This document shows, piece by piece, positions 1-9,448 of a stretch of DNA of 64,000 nt; positions within the stretch are counted from its first letter, which is position 1; every line of letters begins with the position of its first letter. The notes under the pieces are model-generated. The model was given only the letters and a program-made list of their open reading frames with translations. It was not told where the DNA came from and ran no database searches. Position numbers and translations under genes: made by a program. Source of the stretch: Minisyncoccota bacterium (GTDB lineage: Bacteria > Patescibacteriota > Minisyncoccia > Phycocordibacterales > SBAW01); NCBI GenBank assembly GCA_035546575.1, contig DASZWN010000002.1, forward strand, positions 257,056 to 321,055, in the 5' to 3' direction.

Positions 1-567
1 AGCAAAGTTGAGGAGGGCGATAGGGTACAAGTGCTTTTCAAACAAAAATCGCGGCACTACTATGCGTACAACAAGCCGCGCGGTATTATCACGCATTCGC
101 CGCAAGAGGGCGAGAAAGATATTCTGGAAAGCATTCCGCTCAAAGGAGTATTCCCTATCGGCCGACTCGATAAAGACTCCGAGGGTTTGATTATATTGAC
201 CGACGACGGCCGCATTACCGACAAACTACTTAACCCTGAGTACGAACACGAGAAGGAGTATGTGGTAACTACTAAAGAAAAGCTCGTGTCCGGCTTCCAA
301 CATAAAATGGAGCGCGGTGTCGATATAGAGGAGTATGTTACAAAACCCGCCCAGATAAAGATCTTGAGCGACCACTCCTTCTCAATCGTGCTTACCGAGG
401 GCAAAAAGCATCAGATCCGCCGCATGTGTGCCGCGGTGGGCAACACTGTCGATACGCTTAAACGTACTCGGGTTATGAATATCAAACTAGGTACCCTCAA
501 GGCAGGAGAGTATCGCGAGATCACGGGCGCAGAGCTTCAGGAATTCTTAAAAATTTTAGAGCAGTAG
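1..567 (+). CDS. pseudouridine synthase, RsuA/RluB/RluF family (5' partial, frame continues off the window start)
   Basis: GRLDKDSEGLIILTDDG and KKHQIRRMCAAVG motifs; the frame is open from nt 1 (KVEEGDRVQV... is the S4-domain end). Confidence 0.8.
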   Translation, partial: SKVEEGDRVQVLFKQKSRHYYAYNKPRGIITHSPQEGEKDILESIPLKGVFPIGRLDKDSEGLIILTDDGRITDKLLNPEYEHEKEYVVTTKEKLVSGFQHKMERGVDIEEYVTKPAQIKILSDHSFSIVLTEGKKHQIRRMCAAVGNTVDTLKRTRVMNIKLGTLKAGEYREITGAELQEFLKILEQ

Positions 568-570
568 CTT

Positions 571-888
571 TTATTTAAATTCATAGAGTACGTCGCGAAA
601 GTTTTTTATACGATCGTCTTTGTCTAGTTCGATCCCCTCTTTTTTATACAGCTCCATTCGTTTTTTGCGATACTCCGCGTTGACCCACACGCGGCCGTCG
701 GCGTAGACAATTCTATGGAACGGGATTTTCTTCTCACCCGCGTCGTACGCTTTGCCTAAAATAGCGGTGATACTCTGCGAGGCCATCGGCCCTGCGCCCG
801 CTGCAATAGCGATCCGCCCATAGGTGCTCACTCGGCCTTTTGGGATCGAGAGCGCGAGCTCTACCACCTTTTCGCTAAATGTCCTCAT
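571..888 (-). CDS. MGMT-family DNA-binding domain protein (alkyltransferase-like; the catalytic PCHR Cys is replaced, PFHRIV)
   Basis: GRVSTYGRIA...IPFHRIV resembles the O6-alkylguanine-DNA alkyltransferase C-terminal domain but lacks the acceptor Cys. Confidence 0.6.
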   Translation of the reverse strand: MRTFSEKVVELALSIPKGRVSTYGRIAIAAGAGPMASQSITAILGKAYDAGEKKIPFHRIVYADGRVWVNAEYRKKRMELYKKEGIELDKDDRIKNFRDVLYEFK

Positions 889-1307
889 ACTCTCTTATCT
901 TGTACATAGCTAAGCGTGACACTCGTCGCCTTGTCATCGAGAGCAAGCGGTATCAGCCAATCGAGGTTATTGATGATGGGTGCGCTTCCTAGATCCTCGA
1001 TTTTATACCACGCAACCATTTCTTCGGTTTTAGACTCTATGTTGTAGTTTCCATGCGCAGCAAAAAAGTATACGTCGCAGTCTTGTTCGTGCATGAGTGC
1101 GTACTCTCGCCAACTCTCTACTGCAACTCCTGCCTCCTCTAAAAATTCGCGCTGCATAGCCTCAAGTGGAGTCTCGGCACCGTCTATGCCGCCGCCCACG
1201 CCATTGAGCTTGCCTTTTTGCCAGGCTGGGTGGGTCTTTGAAACCAGCGCGACTTCGCTCCTGTTTCGAAACAAAAATCCTACTACGTATCGCCTCCTCT
1301 CAGACAT
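885..1307 (-). CDS. NUDIX hydrolase
   Basis: Nudix box GGGIDGAETPLEAMQREFLEEAGV. Confidence 0.8.
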   Translation of the reverse strand: MSERRRYVVGFLFRNRSEVALVSKTHPAWQKGKLNGVGGGIDGAETPLEAMQREFLEEAGVAVESWREYALMHEQDCDVYFFAAHGNYNIESKTEEMVAWYKIEDLGSAPIINNLDWLIPLALDDKATSVTLSYVQDKRV

Positions 1308-1456
1308 GTCTCTATAGTACTACTCTTCAAGAGTAAGTACCTCGATAGGTGCCCCACTAAAGAAAGCTTTGATCTGCTGAGCTTTGCTTGGGTTGCGAGT
1401 TGAGAGAATAACTTCCATTATTCAAAATTATGATATAACACCCGAAAAGTCGAGGA

Positions 1457-2209
1457 TTACGGCAAGCACTGTACGCTAACCGAAAAGTTTGGCGAGAGAG
1501 TTGCGGTGCATACAATAGATTTGCGTTTATCCTCAAGTGCTTGCATGCGTGCACGGATATCGATAGCTCTGCTTTTAAGGCCGCTTATTTCGTTGCTCAT
1601 ATAGAGCGATGCGTGCCCTGCCTTAACGAGGCGGTCGGTGGTAGTGCCAAACGAGTTAAGTATCTTGGTGAGGTCGGAGGTTGCCGCAAGACTGATCATT
1701 GCCGTATCTGCACTGTGGTAGGTTTTGGCGTACGCTTTGTAGTGATAGAGATTCTCCAGATTCAGCTGATTGAGTGAGGCGATAGCCTTTTCTTTGCTTA
1801 ATTGGGCCGGGATAAACTCTACCCGTTTTATCTCGCTCATGAGTGCCTGGTTTCTATCGGTAATGTTGGGCGTGAGCGCCTGATAGCGGCGATACGCCTC
1901 AGCGAGTGCATCGGCAAACTTTTGGATTTTAGGGCTGTAACTGTTGACCGACTTGGTGCATTTTGCATCGCATACATTCCTGAGCTGGTTCGCGTAGTCA
2001 GCAACATCCTGTACAAACGGCTTAAGGATAGCGTACTCGCGCTCGCGGATCTCAATCTGCGCGTTGAGTTTTGCAAAATTTTCTACCGCGGTAAGAAGCT
2101 TGTCGTACTTTCTCGGAGTCTTCTTTATTACTGTTTGGGCGCTTGCCGCACCTGGCATAGCAGAAACAAGGACCGCCCCGAGCACTAGTGCCGCAATATA
2201 TGTCTTCAT
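1457..2209 (-). CDS. secreted hypothetical protein (Sec signal peptide)
   Basis: N-terminus MKTYIAALVLGAVLVSAMPGAASA; no recognisable domain. Confidence 0.5.
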   Translation of the reverse strand: MKTYIAALVLGAVLVSAMPGAASAQTVIKKTPRKYDKLLTAVENFAKLNAQIEIREREYAILKPFVQDVADYANQLRNVCDAKCTKSVNSYSPKIQKFADALAEAYRRYQALTPNITDRNQALMSEIKRVEFIPAQLSKEKAIASLNQLNLENLYHYKAYAKTYHSADTAMISLAATSDLTKILNSFGTTTDRLVKAGHASLYMSNEISGLKSRAIDIRARMQALEDKRKSIVCTATLSPNFSVSVQCLP

Positions 2210-2386
2210 AGTGCAGCAATAATAGTTGGTATCTTTTTTGCCGCAACTAGAAAAATGCTAGGGTTTGTTGCCTGCTAGCGATCATACATAGATCAGTATT
2301 TGTCCGGTAACTCCCTATATCCCGCAAGTACGGGAGATTGCCTGCGACAGCAAGCAGGGCCGCAATAATTGCTAAAGATTCTTTTA

Positions 2387-2785
2387 TTACTTCCTGTTCA
2401 TCGCCGTGACGGTGAGTTGAAGCACCGAAGCAAAGCTCACCCAAGCCAGGTATGGCAGGTTACTATAGGTGACCCATGGTATGAGTGGAAGAATCACCAC
2501 AAGCGCCCATACGAGCGTTGCCCACACGGCCAGTACATCAAGGGTCGCGAGCATAAAGTTGTGCCAACGGAACTGAATAGTGGTAAACAGCGCGTTAAAG
2601 ATAAGGTTGAGCGCAAACGGAATCGCCACCACAGTAGCAATGGCACCGCTGATCCACATATAACCCACATAACCAAAGGATATAGCAATGAGGATATACA
2701 ACACTGTCCATACCGGGCCGAAAACCCAACTGGGCGGTGCCCACGAGGGTTTTTTGTAGGAGCGATATTGAGCATAGGTGCTCAT
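2387..2785 (-). CDS. tspO: TspO/MBR family tryptophan-rich membrane protein
   Basis: KPSWAPPSWVFGPVWTVLYILIAISFGYV, a typical TspO N-terminal motif; multi-TM. Confidence 0.65.
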   Translation of the reverse strand: MSTYAQYRSYKKPSWAPPSWVFGPVWTVLYILIAISFGYVGYMWISGAIATVVAIPFALNLIFNALFTTIQFRWHNFMLATLDVLAVWATLVWALVVILPLIPWVTYSNLPYLAWVSFASVLQLTVTAMNRK

Positions 2786-2845
2786 GATGAGATAAGTATA
2801 CCGCTTAAAAAATTAACAACGACGCGACTCGAACGCGTCGTCTTC

Positions 2846-3361
2846 TTATAACTTCCTGCCGTCATACGCCCAATGCAGCACCGCCTGCCGTTGTCTGGCG
2901 TGGCAGGCAAAGTCCCCTTTGCGGCAATGCTTTTTAATCTGCGCGATATGCCGGCGAATAGCTATCCAGCGTTTAATTTGCCTGTCGTCATCGGGCCCGC
3001 GTCGACCCGTGTAGTACCGGCAATACCATTGAAACCAGCCGCGCGGGTCGTCTTTATATATCCAGCCCTTCTTGCGCCAGACCGAGAGCGGCTGGCTGGC
3101 GTTGACGCGAAAAAAGTTGAGGTTCGGGTCGTGCACATAGCTCCCCTTCTTTTGAAACTTGGCTTTCGCAAACCAGTCCTTGGGGAATTCCTTGCCGCAG
3201 TCGCGCATGTACACCCCGCCAAAGACTCCGAGCGCAAGCATTTGCTTGGGAGTGAGTTCCGGCTTGAAGCGCGAGTCGAAGCGTCTCCCTACTGGTTCGC
3301 TACGAATGTAGCGGTAGCCCCGCTGCATCCGATCGTTCACCACAATAGTGCGCGGTTCCAC
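2846..3361 (-). CDS. conserved hypothetical protein, basic and Trp/Tyr-rich
   Basis: 171 aa ORF with coding-like composition; family not recognised by me. Confidence 0.4.
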   Translation of the reverse strand: MEPRTIVVNDRMQRGYRYIRSEPVGRRFDSRFKPELTPKQMLALGVFGGVYMRDCGKEFPKDWFAKAKFQKKGSYVHDPNLNFFRVNASQPLSVWRKKGWIYKDDPRGWFQWYCRYYTGRRGPDDDRQIKRWIAIRRHIAQIKKHCRKGDFACHARQRQAVLHWAYDGRKL

Positions 3362-3452
3362 AGTGTTATTGTATCCGAAGACGAAGATAAAAAGAAAGCA
3401 TAAAAAGGTAACGATGGAATAAGATTGTGCTAAATTTTGTAGCCTGTTTAAA

Positions 3453-3668
3453 TTACTTTATCTCAACGTTCTTCGCGAGAGTCTTGAATCGTTCACCGTT
3501 TCCCTGCAATACAGTAATGGTCACAGCTCCGGTTTTACTCGTCTTTATATCTTGGACTGTTCCCGATTTACCCGCATGCGTGCCAGCAACAACCTTACAC
3601 TTAGCACCATCTTTCAATTTTTTATTTGATGTCTGTTTCATTGAATACATTATGCCATTAGAATCCAT
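3453..3668 (-). CDS. small KOW-domain protein; start uncertain (3668, 3650 or 3641)
   Basis: GAKCKVVAGTHAGKSGTV is a KOW-like motif; the ORF-track start overlaps the upstream terminator hairpin, so the true start must be an internal Met. Confidence 0.4.
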   Translation of the reverse strand: MDSNGIMYSMKQTSNKKLKDGAKCKVVAGTHAGKSGTVQDIKTSKTGAVTITVLQGNGERFKTLAKNVEIK

Positions 3669-3672
3669 AATC

Positions 3673-3700
3673 AAAAAGACCCGCAATTGCGGGTCTTTTT
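3673..3700. terminator. rho-independent terminator (bidirectional hairpin) after the hsp20 gene
   Basis: AAAAAGACCCGCAATTGCGGGTCTTTTT. Confidence 0.8.
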
Positions 3701-3702
3701 GA

Positions 3703-4206
3703 TTACTCAACATCTATCTTGACGCGTTTCTTCATTTCTTCTTCCGACTTCGGGAGAGTGATTGTGAGGACTCCGTTTTTAGATTTTGCCACAATGGAAT
3801 CCTTGTTCACCCGAGCAGGCAACGAAAATTCGCGCCTGAACTCTCCGTACTCTCTCTCATATCGGTAGACCTTACCATTCTTTTCGTCTTTATTTTCTTT
3901 TTCGATCTTTCCCGACAGTGAGAGATAGTCGTCCCCAACTTCTACATTGATATCTTTCGGATCAATACCAGGAACATTGGCTGTTACCTTGATTTCATTG
4001 TCCGTCTCTTCGACATCAACCTTAGGGAAGACTGTTGAGACATTACCAAGCCCGCGACTTCGGAAGAGACTCGGCGTCATCATGTTGAACGGATCCCACA
4101 CAGAATCGTCGAAGAATCTATCAATGAGAGAGAAGGGGCTCGCGAAGTCATCGCGTCGAGACAGTGCCTGATTCTGGTTATCTCTCTTTTGGATTTCTGT
4201 TTTCAT
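3703..4206 (-). CDS. Hsp20/alpha-crystallin small heat-shock protein
   Basis: alpha-crystallin domain (EIKVTANVPGIDPKDINVEV...GVLTITLPK). Confidence 0.9.
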   Translation of the reverse strand: MKTEIQKRDNQNQALSRRDDFASPFSLIDRFFDDSVWDPFNMMTPSLFRSRGLGNVSTVFPKVDVEETDNEIKVTANVPGIDPKDINVEVGDDYLSLSGKIEKENKDEKNGKVYRYEREYGEFRREFSLPARVNKDSIVAKSKNGVLTITLPKSEEEMKKRVKIDVE

Positions 4207-4546
4207 ATCTTATGCGATTAACTTCTGGTAATGCCCCTTGTATTCGACCTCAAACAAGGGATTAGAATTCCTTACACACCAGCCTAGGGATGTTATCTCT
4301 GATTTCCCCTAGACTCTAGAGAACCTCTGTTCTCCTATTTTCGCTTCTCGCGATTTAATTACGCACTATTCAATTTTGACTGACAGGAGATGCTAAGTGG
4401 CATCAGAAATTGAACGAATGAATTTCTTTAGCCAAGCACCTTCACTTTTTTGTCCTGCTAAAGTCATACAATCTTTATTTCTGCTTAGCGGTGGTCGACC
4501 ACTCCGCCTACACTTTATTAAACGCGAGAGTCCTCAAAAGGTGTCA

Positions 4547-4894
4547 TCAGAAATTTCTCCAAAAGTCTCTAAAAAACTTCTCCTGCTCCTCAAAGTATTC
4601 GTCCATAGCCTTCATTCTCGCTTCGGTTTGTTTTCTCATCTGTTCCAAATCTTTTTCTGTAATTGGAGTAGTCGTAGAATATGTCTTTGCCTTCCCATTC
4701 TCGTAAACAGTGACAACCTCACTGCGGAATCCGTACGGCGATTCAATAGCCAGAGACGCCTCCGAGGAAGTGGCTTGTGAAGTATTTAGTATGGGTACCT
4801 GCCTGGACTCGGGCTTCTTCCAAAGATATATATTGGCGAGGAAACTTACCACGAGCAAAGCAGACACAAAATAAAGAATCTGCCTATCTTTCAT
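4547..4894 (-). CDS. membrane-anchored hypothetical protein downstream of the ECF sigma factor (possible cognate regulator)
   Basis: N-terminal TM helix; immediately follows the sigma factor gene on the same strand. Confidence 0.4.
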   Translation of the reverse strand: MKDRQILYFVSALLVVSFLANIYLWKKPESRQVPILNTSQATSSEASLAIESPYGFRSEVVTVYENGKAKTYSTTTPITEKDLEQMRKQTEARMKAMDEYFEEQEKFFRDFWRNF

Positions 4895-4926
4895 ACCCTA
4901 GTAAACGAAGGATGAGCAAAAAGGTG

Positions 4927-5511
4927 TCATTTCTTGAGAAATCGAGGCTTAGTATATGCTCGTTTTTTCTGCCCAAAACCAGCCATGTCCTTAAGATATG
5001 GGTGAGCAGAAAGTTTTCTTCTCGTTCTAGAGAGATTGAGTTTCACCGCATTTTCTGTTGACTTTGTGATAGTTGCGATATCCTTAATTGATTTTTCGTC
5101 TTGGTAGTGCATGAGAAGAACGTCCCGATTTGATGAGGGGAGTGTTTGAATTGCATGCCAAAGTGCTTCGGCATCACTTTTGCGTTCAATATCCTCCGTG
5201 ACCTCATATGGTATATCTTCAACGTCTTCGATTGGTACCGATTTTGGTTTGCGGTAGTGGTCTATGAGAAGATGCCGGGCTATCGTTAAAAGATATGTCA
5301 GGTATGAATATCCTCTAATACGGAATTTTTGTAAATTCTGAAACGCCTTCAAAAAAGTCTCTTGCATTAAATCTTCCGACAGCGCTTTGTCGTGACCGGT
5401 TCGATACCAGAAATAATTAAATACTTTATCCGCGTATTTCTTGTACAGATCTTCAAAAGACTTTGGATCGCCTTTAGCAATTTCTACGAGTTTTGTATCT
5501 TCATTATTCAC
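4927..5511 (-). CDS. RNA polymerase sigma-70 factor, ECF subfamily
   Basis: sigma-70 regions 2 and 4 (FLKAFQNL...; DVLLMHYQDEKSIKDIATI). Confidence 0.85.
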   Translation of the reverse strand: MNNEDTKLVEIAKGDPKSFEDLYKKYADKVFNYFWYRTGHDKALSEDLMQETFLKAFQNLQKFRIRGYSYLTYLLTIARHLLIDHYRKPKSVPIEDVEDIPYEVTEDIERKSDAEALWHAIQTLPSSNRDVLLMHYQDEKSIKDIATITKSTENAVKLNLSRTRRKLSAHPYLKDMAGFGQKKRAYTKPRFLKK

Positions 5512-5525
5512 GGGTAAATTTTAGC

Positions 5526-5556
5526 AAAAAACCACCAATTTGTGTTGGTGGTTTTT
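5526..5556. terminator. bidirectional hairpin terminator
   Basis: AAAAACCACCAATTTGTGTTGGTGGTTTTT. Confidence 0.7.
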
Positions 5557-5731
5557 GCTCTGAATACCGCACTCAGCGGGTATGCCATTTTCGGAATAGA
5601 TGCCTATGCGTGTCAGTCTCCTGACTTAGCATATGGTGGCTGGCCGACTTGGGCTCGAACTTTTATCAGCCAAGCCCTGCAAGGCGGATTAGTTACATTT
5701 TACACTTTTCAAACAACGCGTCTTGAGCGCA

Positions 5732-6148
5732 CTAAATTTTAGACCATTTACCCTCGGAGATCACCTCAATAGCCCCATCTACAACCTTGATGGCGGTTTG
5801 ATCGTCTATTTGATACAGAGGATTTTTAGAAGTTTTTTTGTACTCTTCATTGCTTGCATGGCTTACGTGCTCTGGAGCGTGAGGAGATATTTCAAAATCT
5901 ACGAGCCCTACCCCGGTTAAATCAGTAAGTCCCGGCAAATTCACATCTCCTCCATCTATGCTCGCAATTGCAATACTTGGAGTAATGATAATGGTTCCAG
6001 CGCTGATGCCTACATATACTTTTGTATTGATATTTTCTTTCAACCAAATATCGAAACCTGATTTCCGCATCTGATCGAGTAAGTAGAATGTATTGCCTCC
6101 GCTCACTAAAATAATGTCTACTTCGGCAAGGCGTTTCTTCCAGTCCAC
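5732..6148 (-). pseudogene. peptidase S51 (PepE-like) family, N-terminally truncated (only about the C-terminal 60%, with GISAG Ser and PH His)
   Basis: ILVSGGNTFYLL...VGISAGTII...ISPHAPE; about 70 N-terminal residues are missing and there is only a 100 nt gap to the divergent MOSC gene. Confidence 0.5.
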
Positions 6149-6248
6149 TTCTGCCGCCCGGCTGACGGTGTTGGATAATATCCGAACCGTGCTTGAGCTG
6201 GATTGAATAATACATTAGGGTAAATAGAGTTCGTTCCCACTGCCACTT

Positions 6249-6728
6249 TTGGAAGGAAAACCCATGGCAAACGGCACAATCGTCGCGATCTGCATCAGCC
6301 CGGCCGCGGGCGCACCGATGCAGCAAGTGCAGGAAGTCGAAGCAATTGCCGGAGAAGGTCTTGCGGGTGACCGCTATTCTCGAGGCGAAGGCAGCTTCAA
6401 CAAAGGCAAGAAGGGTCGCCGGCAAGTTACCCTGATCAATGCACTCTTTGTCGAGGGAAGCGGGTTCGCCTACCACGAGACACGCCGCAACATCGCGGTG
6501 CGTGGCATCGAACTCATGGATCAAATCGGCCAAGAGTTCCACATCGACGGCGTACGTTTGCGCGGCATCAAATATTCCGACCCGTGCATGCGGCCCACCA
6601 AGCTAAGCGGCAACAAGCTAGCCTTCCGTGACGTCTTTCATGACCGCGGTGGCATCGTCGCCGAGATTCTCGAAGGCGGCACTATCAAAGTTGGCAGCGT
6701 CGTGATTCCTCGCACTAAGGACTACTGA
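6249..6728 (+). CDS. MOSC domain protein
   Basis: GDRYS...RQVTLI...conserved Cys (DPCMRP), the MOSC signature. Confidence 0.75.
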   Translation: MEGKPMANGTIVAICISPAAGAPMQQVQEVEAIAGEGLAGDRYSRGEGSFNKGKKGRRQVTLINALFVEGSGFAYHETRRNIAVRGIELMDQIGQEFHIDGVRLRGIKYSDPCMRPTKLSGNKLAFRDVFHDRGGIVAEILEGGTIKVGSVVIPRTKDY

Positions 6729-6750
6729 TCGATTCGGTGCCAACTTCTCG

Positions 6751-6782
6751 AAGACCGCTGCGCAAGCGGTCTTTTCTTTTTA
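6751..6782 (+). terminator. rho-independent terminator
   Basis: GACCGCTGCGCAAGCGGTC followed by TTTTCTTTTT. Confidence 0.8.
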
Positions 6783-6839
6783 TTATAAAGTTCGAACGGT
6801 ACAATTCCCCTACCTAGAAAACCCTTGCACCATAACGAG

Positions 6840-6910
6840 CTGGGGTACATGGATTCGAACCACGATTAAAGGCTTCAAAGGCCTCTGTCCTACCATTAGA
6901 CGATACCCCA
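6840..6910 (-). tRNA. tRNA-Gln(TTG)
   Basis: cloverleaf TGGGGTA...TACCCCAG; anticodon loop CTTTGAA. Confidence 0.6.
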
Positions 6911-7034
6911 ATACGCATTGAGGATATCAATATAGACACAAAAATGAAAGCCTGAACCTTCTTCATGAAAGACTCATAGAATGTGCGGTATTACTAGCGC
7001 AGGTCGGGAATAATTAGAAATTAGCTAAATATAA

Positions 7035-7580
7035 ATGAATATGAACAGAAACGTTGGTATAGGCGTTATTGTCATTTTGATACTTGCACTCGGCGCATGG
7101 TGGTTCTGGGGCTCTTCTAGCATGAACAGCTCTGACACATCAAACACCGCCTCAAGCACCGATGTAACTACCGGTACTAATGGTACTAATGGCCAGACAC
7201 AGACAACCTCGGGCACCGGCACCTTCCGCACGCTTGTAACGCAGGGTGGCAACTACACTTGTACGGTTATGACGACTCCTACAGAGAGCAGCCGCACAAC
7301 CGGTACGATCTACAGCGCAGGCGGCAAGACGCGCCTCGACCTCAAGATCACGACCAATGGCACAGATGTAACGATGCACACCATCCGCAGCGGTGGCACT
7401 GCATACACGTGGGTTGACGGTCAGACAAAGGGCACCAAGAGCACGATCACTGCGTCGAGCGCGATAGTGCCGCAGCCAACCGGCGCGACGATTTCGGACG
7501 ACTCGGAGATTTCTTCGGACTGCCATCCCTGGTCGCCGGTCGCATCGCAGTTTGTGGTACCGGCAGGGATAACGTTCTAA
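7035..7580 (+). CDS. membrane-anchored Thr/Gly/Ser-rich surface protein
   Basis: N-terminal TM, low-complexity T/G/S-rich. Confidence 0.45.
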   Translation: MNMNRNVGIGVIVILILALGAWWFWGSSSMNSSDTSNTASSTDVTTGTNGTNGQTQTTSGTGTFRTLVTQGGNYTCTVMTTPTESSRTTGTIYSAGGKTRLDLKITTNGTDVTMHTIRSGGTAYTWVDGQTKGTKSTITASSAIVPQPTGATISDDSEISSDCHPWSPVASQFVVPAGITF

Positions 7581-8629
7581 GCAGGCAGTCGATAGATAGC
7601 TAGCTCCAAAGGCAGCGAAGGTACGGGGGCTCGCGGGATCTCAATCAAGGCGGTCAACATTTCCGCCAGCATCTGAGAATTCACGCGAGTCCCCTCTTTG
7701 CTTGCCAGAGTTTCTAAAAATGCAAGATCGTCTGCGCCAAACTGCTCCGCTAGATCCTTTTTCATGCTCGGAGCAAACCGCAGAAGGAGCACGCCTCTCA
7801 TTTTGTTGATAGTAAGGAGCGCGAATACATGCGGCTCGGAGCCTTGCGCGAGCGCTCGGTGGAGCACGGAGAGCGCCTTTTCGATATCGTGCACCGAAAG
7901 TGCCGAGAGAAAGTCGTTGACGAGCTTGCCAGGCGGAGCGCCCACAACACGTGCAATCTCCTCTTCAGAAAGCGCATCATCTTGAGAGATCGTGAGTACT
8001 TTCTGGAGGGTCCCTAGCGTGTCGCGGAAAGAGCCGTCGCCCATAAGCGCAATTAATTCAGCCCCGGCAGGCTCCAGTTTGTAGCCCTCTTTTTTGGCCA
8101 CATCGAGCACCAACTTTTTGAGCGTCTCGTGGCTAGGCTTTTTAAAGCGGAATACCTGGCAGCGCGACTGGATAGTCTCCGGCACGCGGTCGAGCTCGGT
8201 AGTTGCGAGTACAAATATTGCATGTGCGGGCGGCTCTTCAAGCGTTTTCAAAAATGCGCCCCATGCGTCTTTAGTGAGCGCATGCGCCTCGTCGATTATG
8301 TAGAACTTGTACTTAGAGTCAAACGGGAGCGTCGAGACACCCTCGCGCAGCGCGCGGACCTCGTCGATGCCGCGATTGCTCGCCGCGTCCATCTCGTAGA
8401 TATCCTGGTCGCTTGTCTCAAGTGCATGCGCCAAGATGCGCGCCATGCTGGTCTTGCCCGTGCCGCGCCCGCCAGAAAACAAGTAGGCATGAGCGATTTC
8501 TCCCTTCTTAATCGCCGCCTCAAGCACCGAGACCACTTCCTCTTGCCCGCGTACCTCAGAGAATTTAGAAGGGCGATACTTCCGGTAAAGCGCCGTGGGC
8601 GCCTGTATCTCGTCATTAGATTTTGCCAT
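7577..8629 (-). CDS. dnaX: DNA polymerase III subunit gamma/tau (short form)
   Basis: Walker A GGRGTGKTS; SRC motif (TIQSRCQVFRF). Confidence 0.9.
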   Translation of the reverse strand: MAKSNDEIQAPTALYRKYRPSKFSEVRGQEEVVSVLEAAIKKGEIAHAYLFSGGRGTGKTSMARILAHALETSDQDIYEMDAASNRGIDEVRALREGVSTLPFDSKYKFYIIDEAHALTKDAWGAFLKTLEEPPAHAIFVLATTELDRVPETIQSRCQVFRFKKPSHETLKKLVLDVAKKEGYKLEPAGAELIALMGDGSFRDTLGTLQKVLTISQDDALSEEEIARVVGAPPGKLVNDFLSALSVHDIEKALSVLHRALAQGSEPHVFALLTINKMRGVLLLRFAPSMKKDLAEQFGADDLAFLETLASKEGTRVNSQMLAEMLTALIEIPRAPVPSLPLELAIYRLPA

Positions 8630-8652
8630 GGGCCTATTGTACCCTTTTCTCT

Positions 8653-9069
8653 TTATTTTTTCGAAACCGCTTTCTTGGCTTTCTTTGCTGTTTTTTTGGC
8701 TGTGCGCTTTGCAGTCTTGGCACCCTTAGCACCGCTCTTTTGTGCTGCTTGCATATGCACCCACGCGCTCTTAAAGTCCTTTGCCATCTGAGACATCTCA
8801 GCTGCCGAGGCTCCGGCTTTGCTTCCGTACTGCTTCAAGACTCGCTCTGCGAGCGCGATGTACTGCTCTTTATCGATATCGTTGAGCTTCTCTACTGCAT
8901 CGAGCACTTCTGCACGCGCTTTAAGCATCCAGCTTTTAGCCATCTTGCGGTGCTGCGCCGAGTGCTTGGCGCCATAGAGCCAGTATGCTGCCGCACCCGC
9001 AGTAGCCGCTGCGGCAAGACCTGCTCCCATGCCAACCGACATCTTCATTCCTGAGTTTTTCTTTGCCAT
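8653..9069 (-). CDS. hypothetical protein with a Lys/Ala-rich C-terminal tail
   Basis: ORF with a histone-like K/A-rich tail; no known domain. Confidence 0.4.
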   Translation of the reverse strand: MAKKNSGMKMSVGMGAGLAAAATAGAAAYWLYGAKHSAQHRKMAKSWMLKARAEVLDAVEKLNDIDKEQYIALAERVLKQYGSKAGASAAEMSQMAKDFKSAWVHMQAAQKSGAKGAKTAKRTAKKTAKKAKKAVSKK

Positions 9070-9127
9070 ATGAATTTTCAGATAAGTAATTAATGAACCG
9101 TTACCTAGTAGTAGTACACCATCAAAA

Positions 9128-9439
9128 CTATAGTTCTGATGAAGGCGGCTGCTTTTTGGTGCGTGGCTTAGTGGGCGGCTGGAGCGTGCGCGTTAAAAAT
9201 CCAAATACAAGATTGAGTATCGTCTTACCCTTCGTCCCCTCCTCGCGCAAGTTGGCGCGCAGCGCCTCAAAGTCCTTCTCTACCTCGTCTCCGGCCTTGC
9301 GGATCTTGCCGACTATCTCGCGGAGGTCGCGAGCCACAGGAATAAGGTAGTACAACACCATCAATATACCGATCGTAATGCAGAGAACTGCAAGCGATGT
9401 GATAAAAAAGAAGATATCGGCATGTACTACCTCGTTCAT
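9128..9439 (-). CDS. small membrane protein
   Basis: one TM helix plus a charged helix. Confidence 0.4.
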   Translation of the reverse strand: MNEVVHADIFFFITSLAVLCITIGILMVLYYLIPVARDLREIVGKIRKAGDEVEKDFEALRANLREEGTKGKTILNLVFGFLTRTLQPPTKPRTKKQPPSSEL

Positions 9440-9448
9440 ACCTAGAGA

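Noticed and set aside
2873-3403. 176 aa plus-strand ORF overlapping the 2846-3361 minus-strand gene
   Set aside because: The minus-strand ORF has more protein-like composition (conserved aromatic and basic blocks). The plus-strand translation is Ala/Arg/Val-rich, which is shadow-like.
6249-6728. The MOSC gene as the core of a larger molybdenum-cofactor system
   Set aside because: No moa/moe or other Mo-cofactor genes are adjacent. It appears to be a stand-alone MOSC protein.
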